Notes: generated by a model not told the origin, from the sequence alone. A DNA stretch of 64,000 bases from an uncultured Syntrophobacteraceae bacterium (GCA_964572145.1 CAZNES010000011.1:8687-72686); one strand, 5' to 3'; shown: positions 18,370 to 28,681, counted from the stretch's first letter. Numbers and translations: made by a program.

Positions 18370-18506
18370 GGGGGTTCCTCCTCTGCGATTGACTTCAATT
18401 CTGATTATCCTATTTGCGCCGCTTCTGTCCACACCTGAGCGGCGGGCCAGTTGCACATCCAGCCACCATCGGATAGGGTTTTGTCGGAACTGAATCGCAT
18501 GCCATC

Positions 18507-20282
18507 ATGTTCCACTCGCCGCGCAATATTGCTTCAGCTCTCGGAATCGCCGTTTGCTTCTCGTTTACCGTCGTCAACTGGGACGGCGCCAGGCTGACGC
18601 GCGCAGCAGCTCCACCAGTCCCCAAGACAAATATCATCCGCGATATCCCGTATGCCAAAGCCGCCGATTCGAAGAACGCGCGGCGTCAAACCCTCGATTT
18701 GCATCTGCCGGAGACGGCCGTGCGTAAACCGCCGCTGGTTGTCTTTATTCATGGCGGTTTCTGGACCCTCACCGACGACGAATACCAGATCGGTCCCGCT
18801 TTCGCGGACGCGCTGCTGCCGAGCGGCGTCGCCGTCGCGCTCGTCCGCTACCGTCTCGCGCCGGCCGTTACTCATCCCGCGGAAGCCCAGGATATCGCCG
18901 CGGCAGTCGCCTACCTTATCCGGTCGGCCGATAAGTACGGCTACGACGCAAAGCGCATCTACCTCGCCGGTCATTCGGCGGGAGCGCATCTCGCGGCGCT
19001 CGTCGCTCTCGATGGCAGCTACCTGGGCGCGCACCGTCTGAGCCCGCGCTCCCTGGCCGGTGTGCTGGCTTTCAGCGGCATCTACGATCTCCGTCCCAAG
19101 CCGGAAAGCGCGGAGCAACAGAAGCTGGCGGTCCGGCAGGCCTTCGGCGAGACGCCGGAGAAATTTGCATCCTCCTCGCCCGTCACTCATGCGCGGGCGG
19201 ACGCGCCGCCGTTCCTGATTCTCGGGGCGGAAAACGATTTTCCCGGTTTTCTCGTGGATGGAAAGAGATTCGCCGACGCGCTGCGCAATGCCGATCACAA
19301 ACAGGTCATGCAACTTCTCCTTCCCGATCACGACCATTTTTCCCTGGTTCAGTCGATCGGCCAAGACGCCGAAGTCCACAGTCTGCTCCTCGATTTTTTA
19401 AAGGTGGAGCCGCTGCCGCCCGAAATGGCGCTTTTGATCGAGGCCAAGCGCCGGTGGCTCAATCCGCCGCTCTCGACTGTGCCCTTCTGGCGCGAGGAGA
19501 AACTGATTCGTCCTTATCCGGTGGACCGAAAATTAGTGGAAGAAGTGGCTCTTCTATACGGCAGCAACCGGTATGAGCTGCTCGAGTGGCCGCTGGAAAA
19601 CTACTACGCGATCGATCTCTTTTCGTATCTGGATTCCCTGCCGCCGGAAAAGATCGGGCGCGGCAATTATCTCACCGTCACCAACTTCCGCAACGAGAAA
19701 TTGTTTTTGGACCGCCGGCAAATCGAGCCCTACAAGCCCGTCATCGTCGTCGGCCTCGACGACGAAAGAAATCTCTTCCGGCTGGGCGTTTTTTATCAGG
19801 CGAACCGGGAATACAGTTGGAAAGAAGGGCCGAAGCCGCCGATGATGGCGCGACCGGTGGGCGCGTTCATCCACTTCCTCGAATCGCCGCCACCCGAACT
19901 GATAAGACAAGCGCCGTATTACGGCCTCACGGAAAACAGCTTCAAGCTATCCGCAGACGACCCGCTCGGCTCTTTGAAGGCCATGCCGAAAGAAGTTTAC
20001 GAGGCTATGACGGTTCGCAACGGCTGTGTTTACTGCCACAGCTTTCGCGGCATCGGCTCGCAGAGCCACCACGTAACGGAATCCGGCAACAAACCGCACG
20101 GCGGACTTGCCTTGCCCTTGGAGTCCTATCCGGAGAACGTCTGGAAGGACTTCATATTCAATCAAGAGGAGGCGGCGAAGAAGATCGGCGCATCGCCTAA
20201 TATGGTGGACGAAGAAGCGCGGCAAGCATTGTACGATTTTGTGGTCGAGTCGCGGAAGAAGCAGAAAGCGCCTGCGAAATAA
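18507..20282 (+). CDS. secreted alpha/beta-hydrolase (esterase) fused to a C-terminal c-type cytochrome domain
   Basis: N-terminal signal-like segment, then FIHGGFW (oxyanion HGG) and AGHSAGAH (nucleophile elbow GxSxG). The C-terminal ~200 aa contains CVYCH, a CxxCH heme-c attachment motif. Confidence 0.6.
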   Translation: MFHSPRNIASALGIAVCFSFTVVNWDGARLTRAAAPPVPKTNIIRDIPYAKAADSKNARRQTLDLHLPETAVRKPPLVVFIHGGFWTLTDDEYQIGPAFADALLPSGVAVALVRYRLAPAVTHPAEAQDIAAAVAYLIRSADKYGYDAKRIYLAGHSAGAHLAALVALDGSYLGAHRLSPRSLAGVLAFSGIYDLRPKPESAEQQKLAVRQAFGETPEKFASSSPVTHARADAPPFLILGAENDFPGFLVDGKRFADALRNADHKQVMQLLLPDHDHFSLVQSIGQDAEVHSLLLDFLKVEPLPPEMALLIEAKRRWLNPPLSTVPFWREEKLIRPYPVDRKLVEEVALLYGSNRYELLEWPLENYYAIDLFSYLDSLPPEKIGRGNYLTVTNFRNEKLFLDRRQIEPYKPVIVVGLDDERNLFRLGVFYQANREYSWKEGPKPPMMARPVGAFIHFLESPPPELIRQAPYYGLTENSFKLSADDPLGSLKAMPKEVYEAMTVRNGCVYCHSFRGIGSQSHHVTESGNKPHGGLALPLESYPENVWKDFIFNQEEAAKKIGASPNMVDEEARQALYDFVVESRKKQKAPAK

Positions 20283-20309
20283 GAAAGGGACCCATTAGGC
20301 GGAAAAATT

Positions 20310-20384
<75 letters not shown>

Positions 20385-20478
20385 TCGAGGCGCGGCAGCA
20401 GAGTTTTTATAGGGGATTGTCGGGACCTTGTCAATGAATTGAGGTTGTTTGAGAGTTTAAAGCCCCGGTTCCCACCCT

Positions 20479-20514
20479 ATTGACAAAATTCTGGACGGCA
20501 AGTACGCTCGAATC
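20479..20514 (+). promoter_or_regulatory. candidate promoter (TTGACA-N17-TACGCT) of the RRM gene, implying a 5' leader of roughly 200 nt
   Basis: Consensus -35 TTGACA at 20479-20484 and a spacer to TACGCT. The leader includes a possible regulatory structure. Confidence 0.35.
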
Positions 20515-20720
20515 AGCCTCATTAGTATCAGGCCTTCTGGTGAGAGCAACCGTAAGGGCGAAAGGCCTCCGTGAGTCTCACCTTGTGAACGGGATTAGTG
20601 GTTAGAGCAGCATCCGACCGGAGCCAAGTGCCTGCCGTGCGAGCTCTCATGTTCTTCTCCCATCAATAATCCGGGTCCCAAGGCAAAGACCTTAAATGAC
20701 GTTCTCAGTTGGAGGAGAAT

Positions 20721-21062
20721 ATGGGCAATAAGTTATACGTGGGCGGTCTGCCCTATTCCGTGACGGAAGGGAGGCTCGAAGAGATCTTTGCCGAGTACGG
20801 CGCCGTAACATCGGCCCGAGTTATCTCGGACAAGTTTACCGGGCAATCGCGCGGCTTCGGCTTCGTCGAGATGAACTCTTCGGAAGATGCCCAAAAAGCG
20901 ATCGAGGCCCTGAACGGAACGCAAATGGACGGCCGCACGCTGGTCGTCAATGAGGCGAGGCCTCAAGAAACACGTCCGGGCGGGGGCGGAGGAGGCGGTG
21001 GTGGCGGCGGCGGAGGTGGAAACCGAAGAGGCGGCGGCGGTGGCGGACGCGACCGCTGGTAA
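20721..21062 (+). CDS. RRM-type RNA-binding protein with a glycine-rich tail
   Basis: KLYVGGLPY (RNP2) and RGFGFVEM (RNP1), with a C-terminal G-run of 14 or more residues. The RBS GGAGGAG lies 4 nt upstream of the ATG. Confidence 0.85.
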   Translation: MGNKLYVGGLPYSVTEGRLEEIFAEYGAVTSARVISDKFTGQSRGFGFVEMNSSEDAQKAIEALNGTQMDGRTLVVNEARPQETRPGGGGGGGGGGGGGGNRRGGGGGGRDRW

Positions 21063-21093
21063 TCCTTTCTCGCTAAGCAATAAATAAAAAAAG

Positions 21094-21128
21094 GAGCGAT
21101 GGGTCGGATCGCTCCCTTTTTTTATTTC
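21094..21128 (+). terminator. rho-independent terminator
   Basis: Hairpin GGAGCGATGGGTCGGATCGCTCC followed by a T-run. It sits immediately after the RRM gene. Confidence 0.75.
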
Positions 21129-21152
21129 AGCCGCGGGCAACTCGCTGCGGCG

Positions 21153-22190
21153 TTAAGCCTCCATATTATAGAAGCGTTTGCCGTTGTCGGAGAGAATCTT
21201 TCTCTTGGCCGAGTCCTTCAGATCTTTTCGCGACTCGAACTCCCGAATCGCCTCCGCAAGGTCCGGCTCATGCGGATAATCGGAGGCGTAAAGAAATAGA
21301 TCTTCGCCCAGTCTTTCCATCGCCGTGGGAAGCATGTCTTCCCAGAGCTCGGTGTGATAATAAATCTGGCCGCTCTTCATATAGTCGCTGGGTTTTTTCT
21401 TGAGCAGCGGCGCCTGGCGCGCGCGATTCTTGTATTCCATATCCAGCCGGTCCATGAGGAACGGCAGCCAGGCACACCCCGCCTCCAGCGAGGCGATCTT
21501 GAGTTTGGGAAATCGCTCTAATACTCCTTCGAGGATCACGCTCGTCAGTTGAATCATTTGCGCGAACGGATGGGACAGGGCCCGGGCTTGGATCAACGAA
21601 CGGAAAAAGTCGAACCCAAGTCCGCGCGAGGGAGCGCCGTGAATGCAGAGCGGCGCGCCCAACTTCTCTGCCTCGGCGTACAGCGGATCGAAGTACGAAT
21701 CGCCGAGCGGCGTAGGGAACCCCACGGGAGCGATCACGCCGCCCGCCATGTGAAGCTCCTTGACGCACCGCCTCAACTCCCGGGCAGCTTCTTTGATGTC
21801 TTGTATCGGCAGGAGGGCGACGGCGCCAAGTCTACGGTTATATTTGATGTAACGCTCCGCCATCATGTTGTTGTAGGCGCGGCAGACGACCACGGCCCAG
21901 TCGGCGTCCTGGATGAAACCTTCGGCGAGACCGGCCGTGGGAAAAATCACCGCCCGGTCCAGCCCTTCGCGGTCGAGCACTTCGAACCAGCTCTTAGGAT
22001 CGTCGGGGCCGATCACGTAAGGCCGGCCGTCGCCGACGCGGCGCGCCATGCGCTGAAAACCGTCGAGTGTGGGAAAGAAAGGAAGCGAGAGCAGCTCTTT
22101 TCGCCCGCGGTAAGGCGCCTCCATGAACTCGGCGATGTCCTGATCTTTTTCAAAAATATGGCCGTCCGTATCGACGACTTGCATAGCCAT
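21153..22190 (-). CDS. amidohydrolase-2 (ACMSD / LigW-type metal-dependent decarboxylase-hydrolase) family protein
   Basis: 345 aa. TIM-barrel amidohydrolase_2 blocks (VDTDGHIFE...AGGVIAPVGFP...YASDYPH). Confidence 0.6.
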   Translation of the reverse strand: MAMQVVDTDGHIFEKDQDIAEFMEAPYRGRKELLSLPFFPTLDGFQRMARRVGDGRPYVIGPDDPKSWFEVLDREGLDRAVIFPTAGLAEGFIQDADWAVVVCRAYNNMMAERYIKYNRRLGAVALLPIQDIKEAARELRRCVKELHMAGGVIAPVGFPTPLGDSYFDPLYAEAEKLGAPLCIHGAPSRGLGFDFFRSLIQARALSHPFAQMIQLTSVILEGVLERFPKLKIASLEAGCAWLPFLMDRLDMEYKNRARQAPLLKKKPSDYMKSGQIYYHTELWEDMLPTAMERLGEDLFLYASDYPHEPDLAEAIREFESRKDLKDSAKRKILSDNGKRFYNMEA

Positions 22191-22240
22191 TGGCAGTTCC
22201 TCCTTGCTTTTCTAAGCCTTATCTCCTGCCGGCCAAAAAC

Positions 22241-23341
22241 TCAATCTCGGATGGATTGCGTGAACCACTCGGTTGGTATTTCTCTGCCTATCCCTTTCTT
22301 CTTCGCCTCGTTAAAAACCGCCGTGCAGGTGGCGGCGAACTGCACCCCCATGACGCCGAGATTCAAAAACCAGCTCGTCTGCTTGTCGTTCGTCCGGCCC
22401 TTCGCTTTGCCGGATATTACGTCCGCGAGCGTCGGCATCTTGAGTATTTCCGCGCGCGGCGGGCGGCGCGGAATCCTCACCTTCTCCTCCGCCTGGCCGG
22501 CGACGTAGCCGAGAAATCCGTGCGACGCGTAAAACGCGCCCGGCGGCGGATTTTCCAGATGCGGCGTGCTCTCGCCCATGCTGACCGCCACATCGACGGC
22601 ATTCGCAAATCCCGGTTCGGTTTCGTCCCAGGTGACGTCGGTGACGTGCATGCCGGGCTCCAGCCACTCGGTCTTGAAGACGGGATCGATCGACGAAGTG
22701 CAGCAGGAGACGATATCGACGCCCTTGACCGCATCGCGCGCGGAGGCTGTGGGCTCGACCTCGATGCGAAATTTCTCGCTCATATCTTTCGCGTATTGCC
22801 GCGCGTTCGCCAGGTTCGGGCTGTAAACTTTCACCTTGGTAATTTTGCGCACGCAGGAGAATGCTTCCAAATAAGTCCGCGCCATGCCGCCGGAGCCGAT
22901 CATTCCGACGACGTAGCTCTCTTTCGAAGCCAAATATTTTACGCCCAGCCCGGCGCCGGCGGCCACGCGCATGTGCTGAAGATAGCCGTCGTTGATCAGC
23001 GCGACCGGCATGCCGTTCCGCGTGCTGAACATGAACAGCAAACCGCAATAAGTTCCCGGCTCGATGCAGTGCTTGTCTTCGCGCTGGTTGCCCTTTTCGC
23101 CGGGCCAGCTCACGATGTCCGAGAGCATCCGCGCGACGACGTAGCCGTCCCGCCTCGCGCCGCCGGTCATCAAGGCCCAGCGGTAGTAACTCTCCGGCCG
23201 TTCGCACGGCAAATAGACGTCGATGCGGCCCATCGTCGCGGCGTCACCCTTGACGATTTCCTTTTGCGTCTCTTCGAGCGCCTCCAGGGTCATCGGCATG
23301 GTTAAAATTTTCTGCACGTCGTCGTCCTTCAAAAGCAGCAT
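22241..23341 (-). CDS. ornithine cyclodeaminase / mu-crystallin family protein
   Basis: 366 aa. The Rossmann GMIGSGGMARTYLEAF motif at the position expected for OCD-family enzymes. Confidence 0.65.
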   Translation of the reverse strand: MLLLKDDDVQKILTMPMTLEALEETQKEIVKGDAATMGRIDVYLPCERPESYYRWALMTGGARRDGYVVARMLSDIVSWPGEKGNQREDKHCIEPGTYCGLLFMFSTRNGMPVALINDGYLQHMRVAAGAGLGVKYLASKESYVVGMIGSGGMARTYLEAFSCVRKITKVKVYSPNLANARQYAKDMSEKFRIEVEPTASARDAVKGVDIVSCCTSSIDPVFKTEWLEPGMHVTDVTWDETEPGFANAVDVAVSMGESTPHLENPPPGAFYASHGFLGYVAGQAEEKVRIPRRPPRAEILKMPTLADVISGKAKGRTNDKQTSWFLNLGVMGVQFAATCTAVFNEAKKKGIGREIPTEWFTQSIRD

Positions 23342-23352
23342 GAACGCTCCTC

Positions 23353-23952
23353 TTATGTTTTTCGGTGATCCGGAGAACCGAGGATTTGCTTCTTTTCGGT
23401 CTCTTCGATGTGGCGAATGAAGCGGTACTTGTTCTCCAGCTCATCGACGCGAATCGGCGGCAGGCTGGGCTGTCCCGGCTCGACTTTGACGGCGATGAAG
23501 CTGAGCGCGTTTCTCTTCCACGCGACGAGAAATTCCTGGCGGAACTCCTCGGGGCTTTTCACCCAACAGGCGTGCTTGTAGCCCGCGCCCTTGGCCAGCG
23601 CGACCACGTCCGTCCCCGACACGGTCGCGGTCTCGGACGCGCCCGAGGCCTCGTAGCATTGGTTGTCGAAGAGGAGATGAATGAGATTCGGCGGATTCTG
23701 CCAGGCGATGGTCGGCAAGCCGCAGAGATTCATCAGAAACGCGCCGTCGCCATCGATGGCGACGACCTTGCGATGGGGAAGCCCAAGCGCGATCCCTAAA
23801 GAAATTGAAGACGCAAGGCCCAGCGTGCGCGGCCGGAAATTTCCGTCGCCCGGCCGGAGCGCCTGCCACTCGCGCGCCGCCCAGCCCGCCGCGACGACCA
23901 GCGCGTCGCCGGCATCCTCGGCAATCGTCTTCAGATAGTCGTAGCGCTGCAT
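23353..23952 (-). CDS. TPP-dependent decarboxylase beta subunit (sulfopyruvate/phosphonopyruvate decarboxylase ComE-like)
   Basis: 199 aa. The TPP-binding GDG...N motif (IDGDGAFLMNLCGLPT). Its ATG overlaps the ComD-like stop (ATGA). Confidence 0.6.
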   Translation of the reverse strand: MQRYDYLKTIAEDAGDALVVAAGWAAREWQALRPGDGNFRPRTLGLASSISLGIALGLPHRKVVAIDGDGAFLMNLCGLPTIAWQNPPNLIHLLFDNQCYEASGASETATVSGTDVVALAKGAGYKHACWVKSPEEFRQEFLVAWKRNALSFIAVKVEPGQPSLPPIRVDELENKYRFIRHIEETEKKQILGSPDHRKT

Positions 23953-24455
23953 TATCCGGTTCCCAAAATATTTTTCGTGAGCAGCACGGCGACCGGCCGC
24001 CGCGAGTCCTCGGCCAGGATCTGGGCGCCTCGGAGCGTTTCCGCAACCTCGTCCATTTTGCGCAGCACGTACGTGCGAATGCCGAGCGCTTCGAGCACCG
24101 GCTCGGTCACCGACCCGACGATGGCAAAGCCGCGGTCGCCGATATCGCCGGCGTAGTAAATCAGCAGAAGCAGCGGAATCTGAAATTGCAGGCAGGTCGT
24201 GGTGAGCGCGTTGCAGCTATTGAGCAGCCCGGCGTTCTGCATCAAGAGCGCCGGCTTTTTCCCCGTGAGATAGGCGCCGGCGCAAATTCCGACGCCCTCC
24301 TCTTCGCGGCACAGCGGGACATGCTTGAGATCCGGATCCTTATCTACGGCCCGGATCACTTCGACCAGCTTCAGGTCCGGCAGCGTGGCGACAAAATCAA
24401 CGCGCGCGCGCTTGAGCGCCTCGATGAAGTTCGTTGCGGCCTCTAAAGCATTCAT
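23952..24455 (-). CDS. TPP-dependent decarboxylase alpha subunit (ComD-like, pyrimidine-binding domain)
   Basis: 167 aa. TPP-enzyme N-terminal (PYR) domain. It is translationally coupled to the beta subunit. Confidence 0.6.
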   Translation of the reverse strand: MNALEAATNFIEALKRARVDFVATLPDLKLVEVIRAVDKDPDLKHVPLCREEEGVGICAGAYLTGKKPALLMQNAGLLNSCNALTTTCLQFQIPLLLLIYYAGDIGDRGFAIVGSVTEPVLEALGIRTYVLRKMDEVAETLRGAQILAEDSRRPVAVLLTKNILGTG

Positions 24456-24573
24456 TCCAATTGCCGATCGATTTACCGACGCGCGAGACGCGACGTTAAT
24501 AACTCAACCCGCATACTAAAAGCGTGCCGATTATTCAAGAGCGTTAGAGTCAATCGCCGGCATGATTTGAGTC

Positions 24574-24601
24574 TTGACAGAAAAAAAACAAGCCCTATAG
24601 T
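24574..24601 (+). promoter_or_regulatory. sigma70-consensus promoter TTGACA-N16-TATAGT for gcvH
   Basis: -35 at 24574-24579 and -10 at 24596-24601. The same CCCTATAGTGGGG block is present at 5961-5975. Confidence 0.55.
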
Positions 24602-24616
24602 GGGGACGTTGCCGGT

Positions 24617-25006
24617 ATGGAGCGGACTTTAAAAGTCAGCGAGCATCACGTTTGGGTGGGCATCGACGATCAGCACGTATTCTTCGGCGTGACGAACTAC
24701 GGCCAGAGCGAGCTCGGCCGGATCATCTCCTTAGAACTCCCGGAGCTGGGAGACAAAGTCGAAAAGGGGGAAGCTTTCGCGGAGGTGGAATCCCAGAACA
24801 CGGCGGCCGAGCTGATCGCGCCGGTTTCGGGAACGGTGATCGCGGTCAATCCTGAACTGGAATCGCATCCGTCGATCATCAACGAAGATCCTTACAACCA
24901 CGGGTGGATAATCGAGGTCGAGCTGAAAGATATTTCCGAAGTCCGGTCCTTGATGGACACGGACGAGTATTATCACTTTGTCTTCAAGCCGAACCCCGGC
25001 GAATAG
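24617..25006 (+). CDS. gcvH: glycine cleavage system protein H
   Basis: 129 aa. The lipoyl-lysine motif region ...ESQNTAAELIAPVSG... and the GcvH length. Confidence 0.85.
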   Translation: MERTLKVSEHHVWVGIDDQHVFFGVTNYGQSELGRIISLELPELGDKVEKGEAFAEVESQNTAAELIAPVSGTVIAVNPELESHPSIINEDPYNHGWIIEVELKDISEVRSLMDTDEYYHFVFKPNPGE

Positions 25007-25010
25007 GAAA

Positions 25011-25385
25011 TTACCGAGGCGGGGTTTCTTCCGGCGATCGGGGCTCCTCGGCAGGGAGCTGGACGCTGGCCTTGGCTCTCTTCGAATCGGCGGCTGCAAA
25101 GCGGTACACCATTTCACCCGGCCTGGCTAAACCCAATTCTTCCCGTGCAACCTTCTCGAGATAAAGGTCATCGTGAAGAATCCGGTACGCGCGCTCTCGC
25201 AGCGTTTCGTTTTCCTTCTGGAGGAGGAAGTTTTTCTCCTCGAGCTGTTTTTTTTCCCCCCATAAACGCCAGAGGTGAAACACTCCCCTTTCTCCGAAAG
25301 CGGTGAAGAGAGACAGCGCAACGAGGAGACTGGAGAAGAGATAAACGGCCCAGTGCTGAGATGATCTGGATGGAAGCATCGCCAA
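25011..25385 (-). CDS. ftsB: cell-division protein FtsB/DivIC (septum formation initiator)
   Basis: A single N-terminal TM segment followed by a coiled coil (LEEKNFLLQKENETLRER). It is divergent from eno. Confidence 0.6.
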   Translation of the reverse strand: MAMLPSRSSQHWAVYLFSSLLVALSLFTAFGERGVFHLWRLWGEKKQLEEKNFLLQKENETLRERAYRILHDDLYLEKVAREELGLARPGEMVYRFAAADSKRAKASVQLPAEEPRSPEETPPR

Positions 25386-25401
25386 AGTGAAGCAATAGTA
25401 G

Positions 25402-26748
<1,347 letters not shown>

Positions 26749-26749
26749 A

Positions 26750-27238
26750 GTGAAAAAGGAAACTGCCGAGGAAACAAAGAAAAGAGTCGGCGCCATCGCG
26801 GCGCGGCTGGCCCGAGCCTACCCCGACCTCCGCGTCCCGCTCGCTCATCGCAACAACTTCGAGCTGATCGTCGCCGTCATTCTCTCCGCGCAGTGCACCG
26901 ACGAGATGGTCAACAGAGTCACGCCGGAACTGTTTCGCCGATATCCCACTCCGGATGCGACGGCGCGAGCGCCGCTCGCGCAAATCGAAAAATACATCCG
27001 GCGCGTGGGTTTGTTCCACGCCAAGGCGCTGTCGTTAAAGCAATGCGCGGCGCGGTTGGTCGAGCAACACGCCGGAGAAGTTTCGGTGACGATGGAAGCG
27101 CTTACGCGCCTGGCGGCCGTCGGCCGCAAGGTTCCGCGTCTTGAAAAAACGCGCGGCCTAAAGCCACTTGTCAATACGGAGAGCGTCTGCCGACACGCAA
27201 CTGTCATAGCAGATCGGGGGAAAAAGGTGATAGTCTGA
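26750..27238 (+). pseudogene. nth: endonuclease III (nth) homolog, C-terminally truncated or diverged
   Basis: The N-terminal two-thirds are Nth-like (NNFELIVAVILSAQCTDEMVNRVTPELF; the HhH-GPD region ends at AVGRK). The expected VDTH catalytic Asp and the C-terminal 4Fe-4S Cys cluster are absent. The reading frame loses similarity after the GRK. Confidence 0.6.
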
Positions 27239-27258
27239 GCGTGCTGAAACTCTTGTGA

Positions 27259-27789
27259 ATGGAGACCGCCATGTCAAAGCACAAAAACGTGATCAATCTC
27301 TCCGACGTTCCCATCGAGCAGATGAAAACTCCCGATGGTTCGTCGTTTGCGGCCCAACGCCAAAGAGTGGGCACGGCCATCGGCGCCAAAAAGCTCGGCT
27401 ATAGTTTCTTTTCGGTGCCGCCGGGAAAGACCGCGTTTCCATTTCACTTGCATCATACCAATGAGGAGATGATTTACATTTTCGAGGGCGAAGGAGTGCT
27501 GCGCATCGGCAAGGACGAGGTGAGAGTCTCGTCCGGCACGTTTATCGCCTTTCCACCCGGAGCGGATCATCCGCACCAATTGATCAATACGTCGAGTCGC
27601 GACCTCCGATATCTCTGCGTCAGCACGATGGAGTATCCGGAAATCACCGAATACCCGGATTCGAAAAAGATCGGCGCGTTGACGTCCAGTCCGCAGGATC
27701 CGGGCTTTCGCGCCTTTTATCGCAAAGACGGGAACGTTCCCTACTACGAGGGTGAAATCGGCGTCGAGATCGAGCGGGTGAAGAAGTGA
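27259..27789 (+). CDS. cupin-domain protein
   Basis: The HxH...E / H-containing beta-barrel motifs FPFHLHHTNEEMIYIFEG and PPGADHPH. Confidence 0.6.
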   Translation: METAMSKHKNVINLSDVPIEQMKTPDGSSFAAQRQRVGTAIGAKKLGYSFFSVPPGKTAFPFHLHHTNEEMIYIFEGEGVLRIGKDEVRVSSGTFIAFPPGADHPHQLINTSSRDLRYLCVSTMEYPEITEYPDSKKIGALTSSPQDPGFRAFYRKDGNVPYYEGEIGVEIERVKK

Positions 27790-27878
27790 CAGAGGGAAGG
27801 GCTCAGAACGATCGTGGCGGCAATGTCATCCTGAACGAAGTGAAGGATCTCTCCGAGAGGATGCTCAAGCGGGATTAA

Positions 27879-28085
27879 CTACTGCAACTGTTTTTCCTGA
27901 TCGCGTCTTTTCTCTTCCTGCTTCTTGGCTTCACCGAGTTTTTGCTTCGCGCTATCGTAGTACTGAAACTCTCTCGTGATCACTTCTTTTACCGCCTGCT
28001 TTGCTTTATCGTCCTTCGCGTCTTTGTCGCCGCAAGCCGATAAAGCGAGGAGCGAGATAGCCAGAGCGGCCCGTTTTAAATCCAT
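27879..28085 (-). CDS. small lipoprotein (hypothetical)
   Basis: 68 aa. The lipobox LLALSAC followed by a Lys/Glu-rich tail. Confidence 0.5.
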   Translation of the reverse strand: MDLKRAALAISLLALSACGDKDAKDDKAKQAVKEVITREFQYYDSAKQKLGEAKKQEEKRRDQEKQLQ

Positions 28086-28681
28086 TTTTCCAACTCCTGC
28101 GCGCTGATCTCCCCCTCGCGGATGATCCGGAGCTTACCTTCGATCAGTTCCACCACGGTTGAGCCTTTTCTTCCCGTCAGCATTCCTCTATCGAGGAAAA
28201 CCTCAATCTTATCGGCAAAGTAGCCGCGCGCCTCTTGAATCGCCCGGGCCGGTTCTTTTCCGGTCGGATTGGCGCTCGTCGCCGTTATCGGACGGCCCAG
28301 CTCGCGCGTTATGCGCGTCGCGATCGGATGACTGGAAATACGAACGCCGATTTTGCCTTCGCGGTTGAGCAGCGGCCCGGGCAGGCCGGGTTTTGCGGGC
28401 AGTATCAACGTCAATGGACCGGGCCAAAACCGGTCGATGAGTTTTTTCGCTAGCGCTGGAACATCGATCACGACTTGATCGAGCATCTCCCTATCTGCAA
28501 CGATCACCGCGATGGGACTGTCGGGATTTCTTCCTTTGATGGATACGATGCCCTCAACCGCGTCTCGATTGAGAGCATCCGCCCCCAGGCCGTAAAAAGT
28601 TTCGGTCGGAAAGACGATGACCTCGCCGCGCTTGAGCGCCCGCAGCGCGGCGGAAAAATTATCAGCGTTTTTGTCTTTCAC
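28076..28681 (-). CDS. tsaC: L-threonylcarbamoyladenylate synthase (TsaC/YrdC family)
   Basis: 201 aa. The YrdC-domain blocks (VFPTETFYGLG, KGR..D.PIAV, GPLT, TSAN.SG). Confidence 0.85.
   Translation of the reverse strand: MKDKNADNFSAALRALKRGEVIVFPTETFYGLGADALNRDAVEGIVSIKGRNPDSPIAVIVADREMLDQVVIDVPALAKKLIDRFWPGPLTLILPAKPGLPGPLLNREGKIGVRISSHPIATRITRELGRPITATSANPTGKEPARAIQEARGYFADKIEVFLDRGMLTGRKGSTVVELIEGKLRIIREGEISAQELEKWI

Noticed and set aside
24480-24616. Looked for a glycine riboswitch upstream of gcvH.
   Set aside because: No conserved glycine-aptamer consensus blocks are recognisable. The region is explained by a consensus promoter and a short leader.
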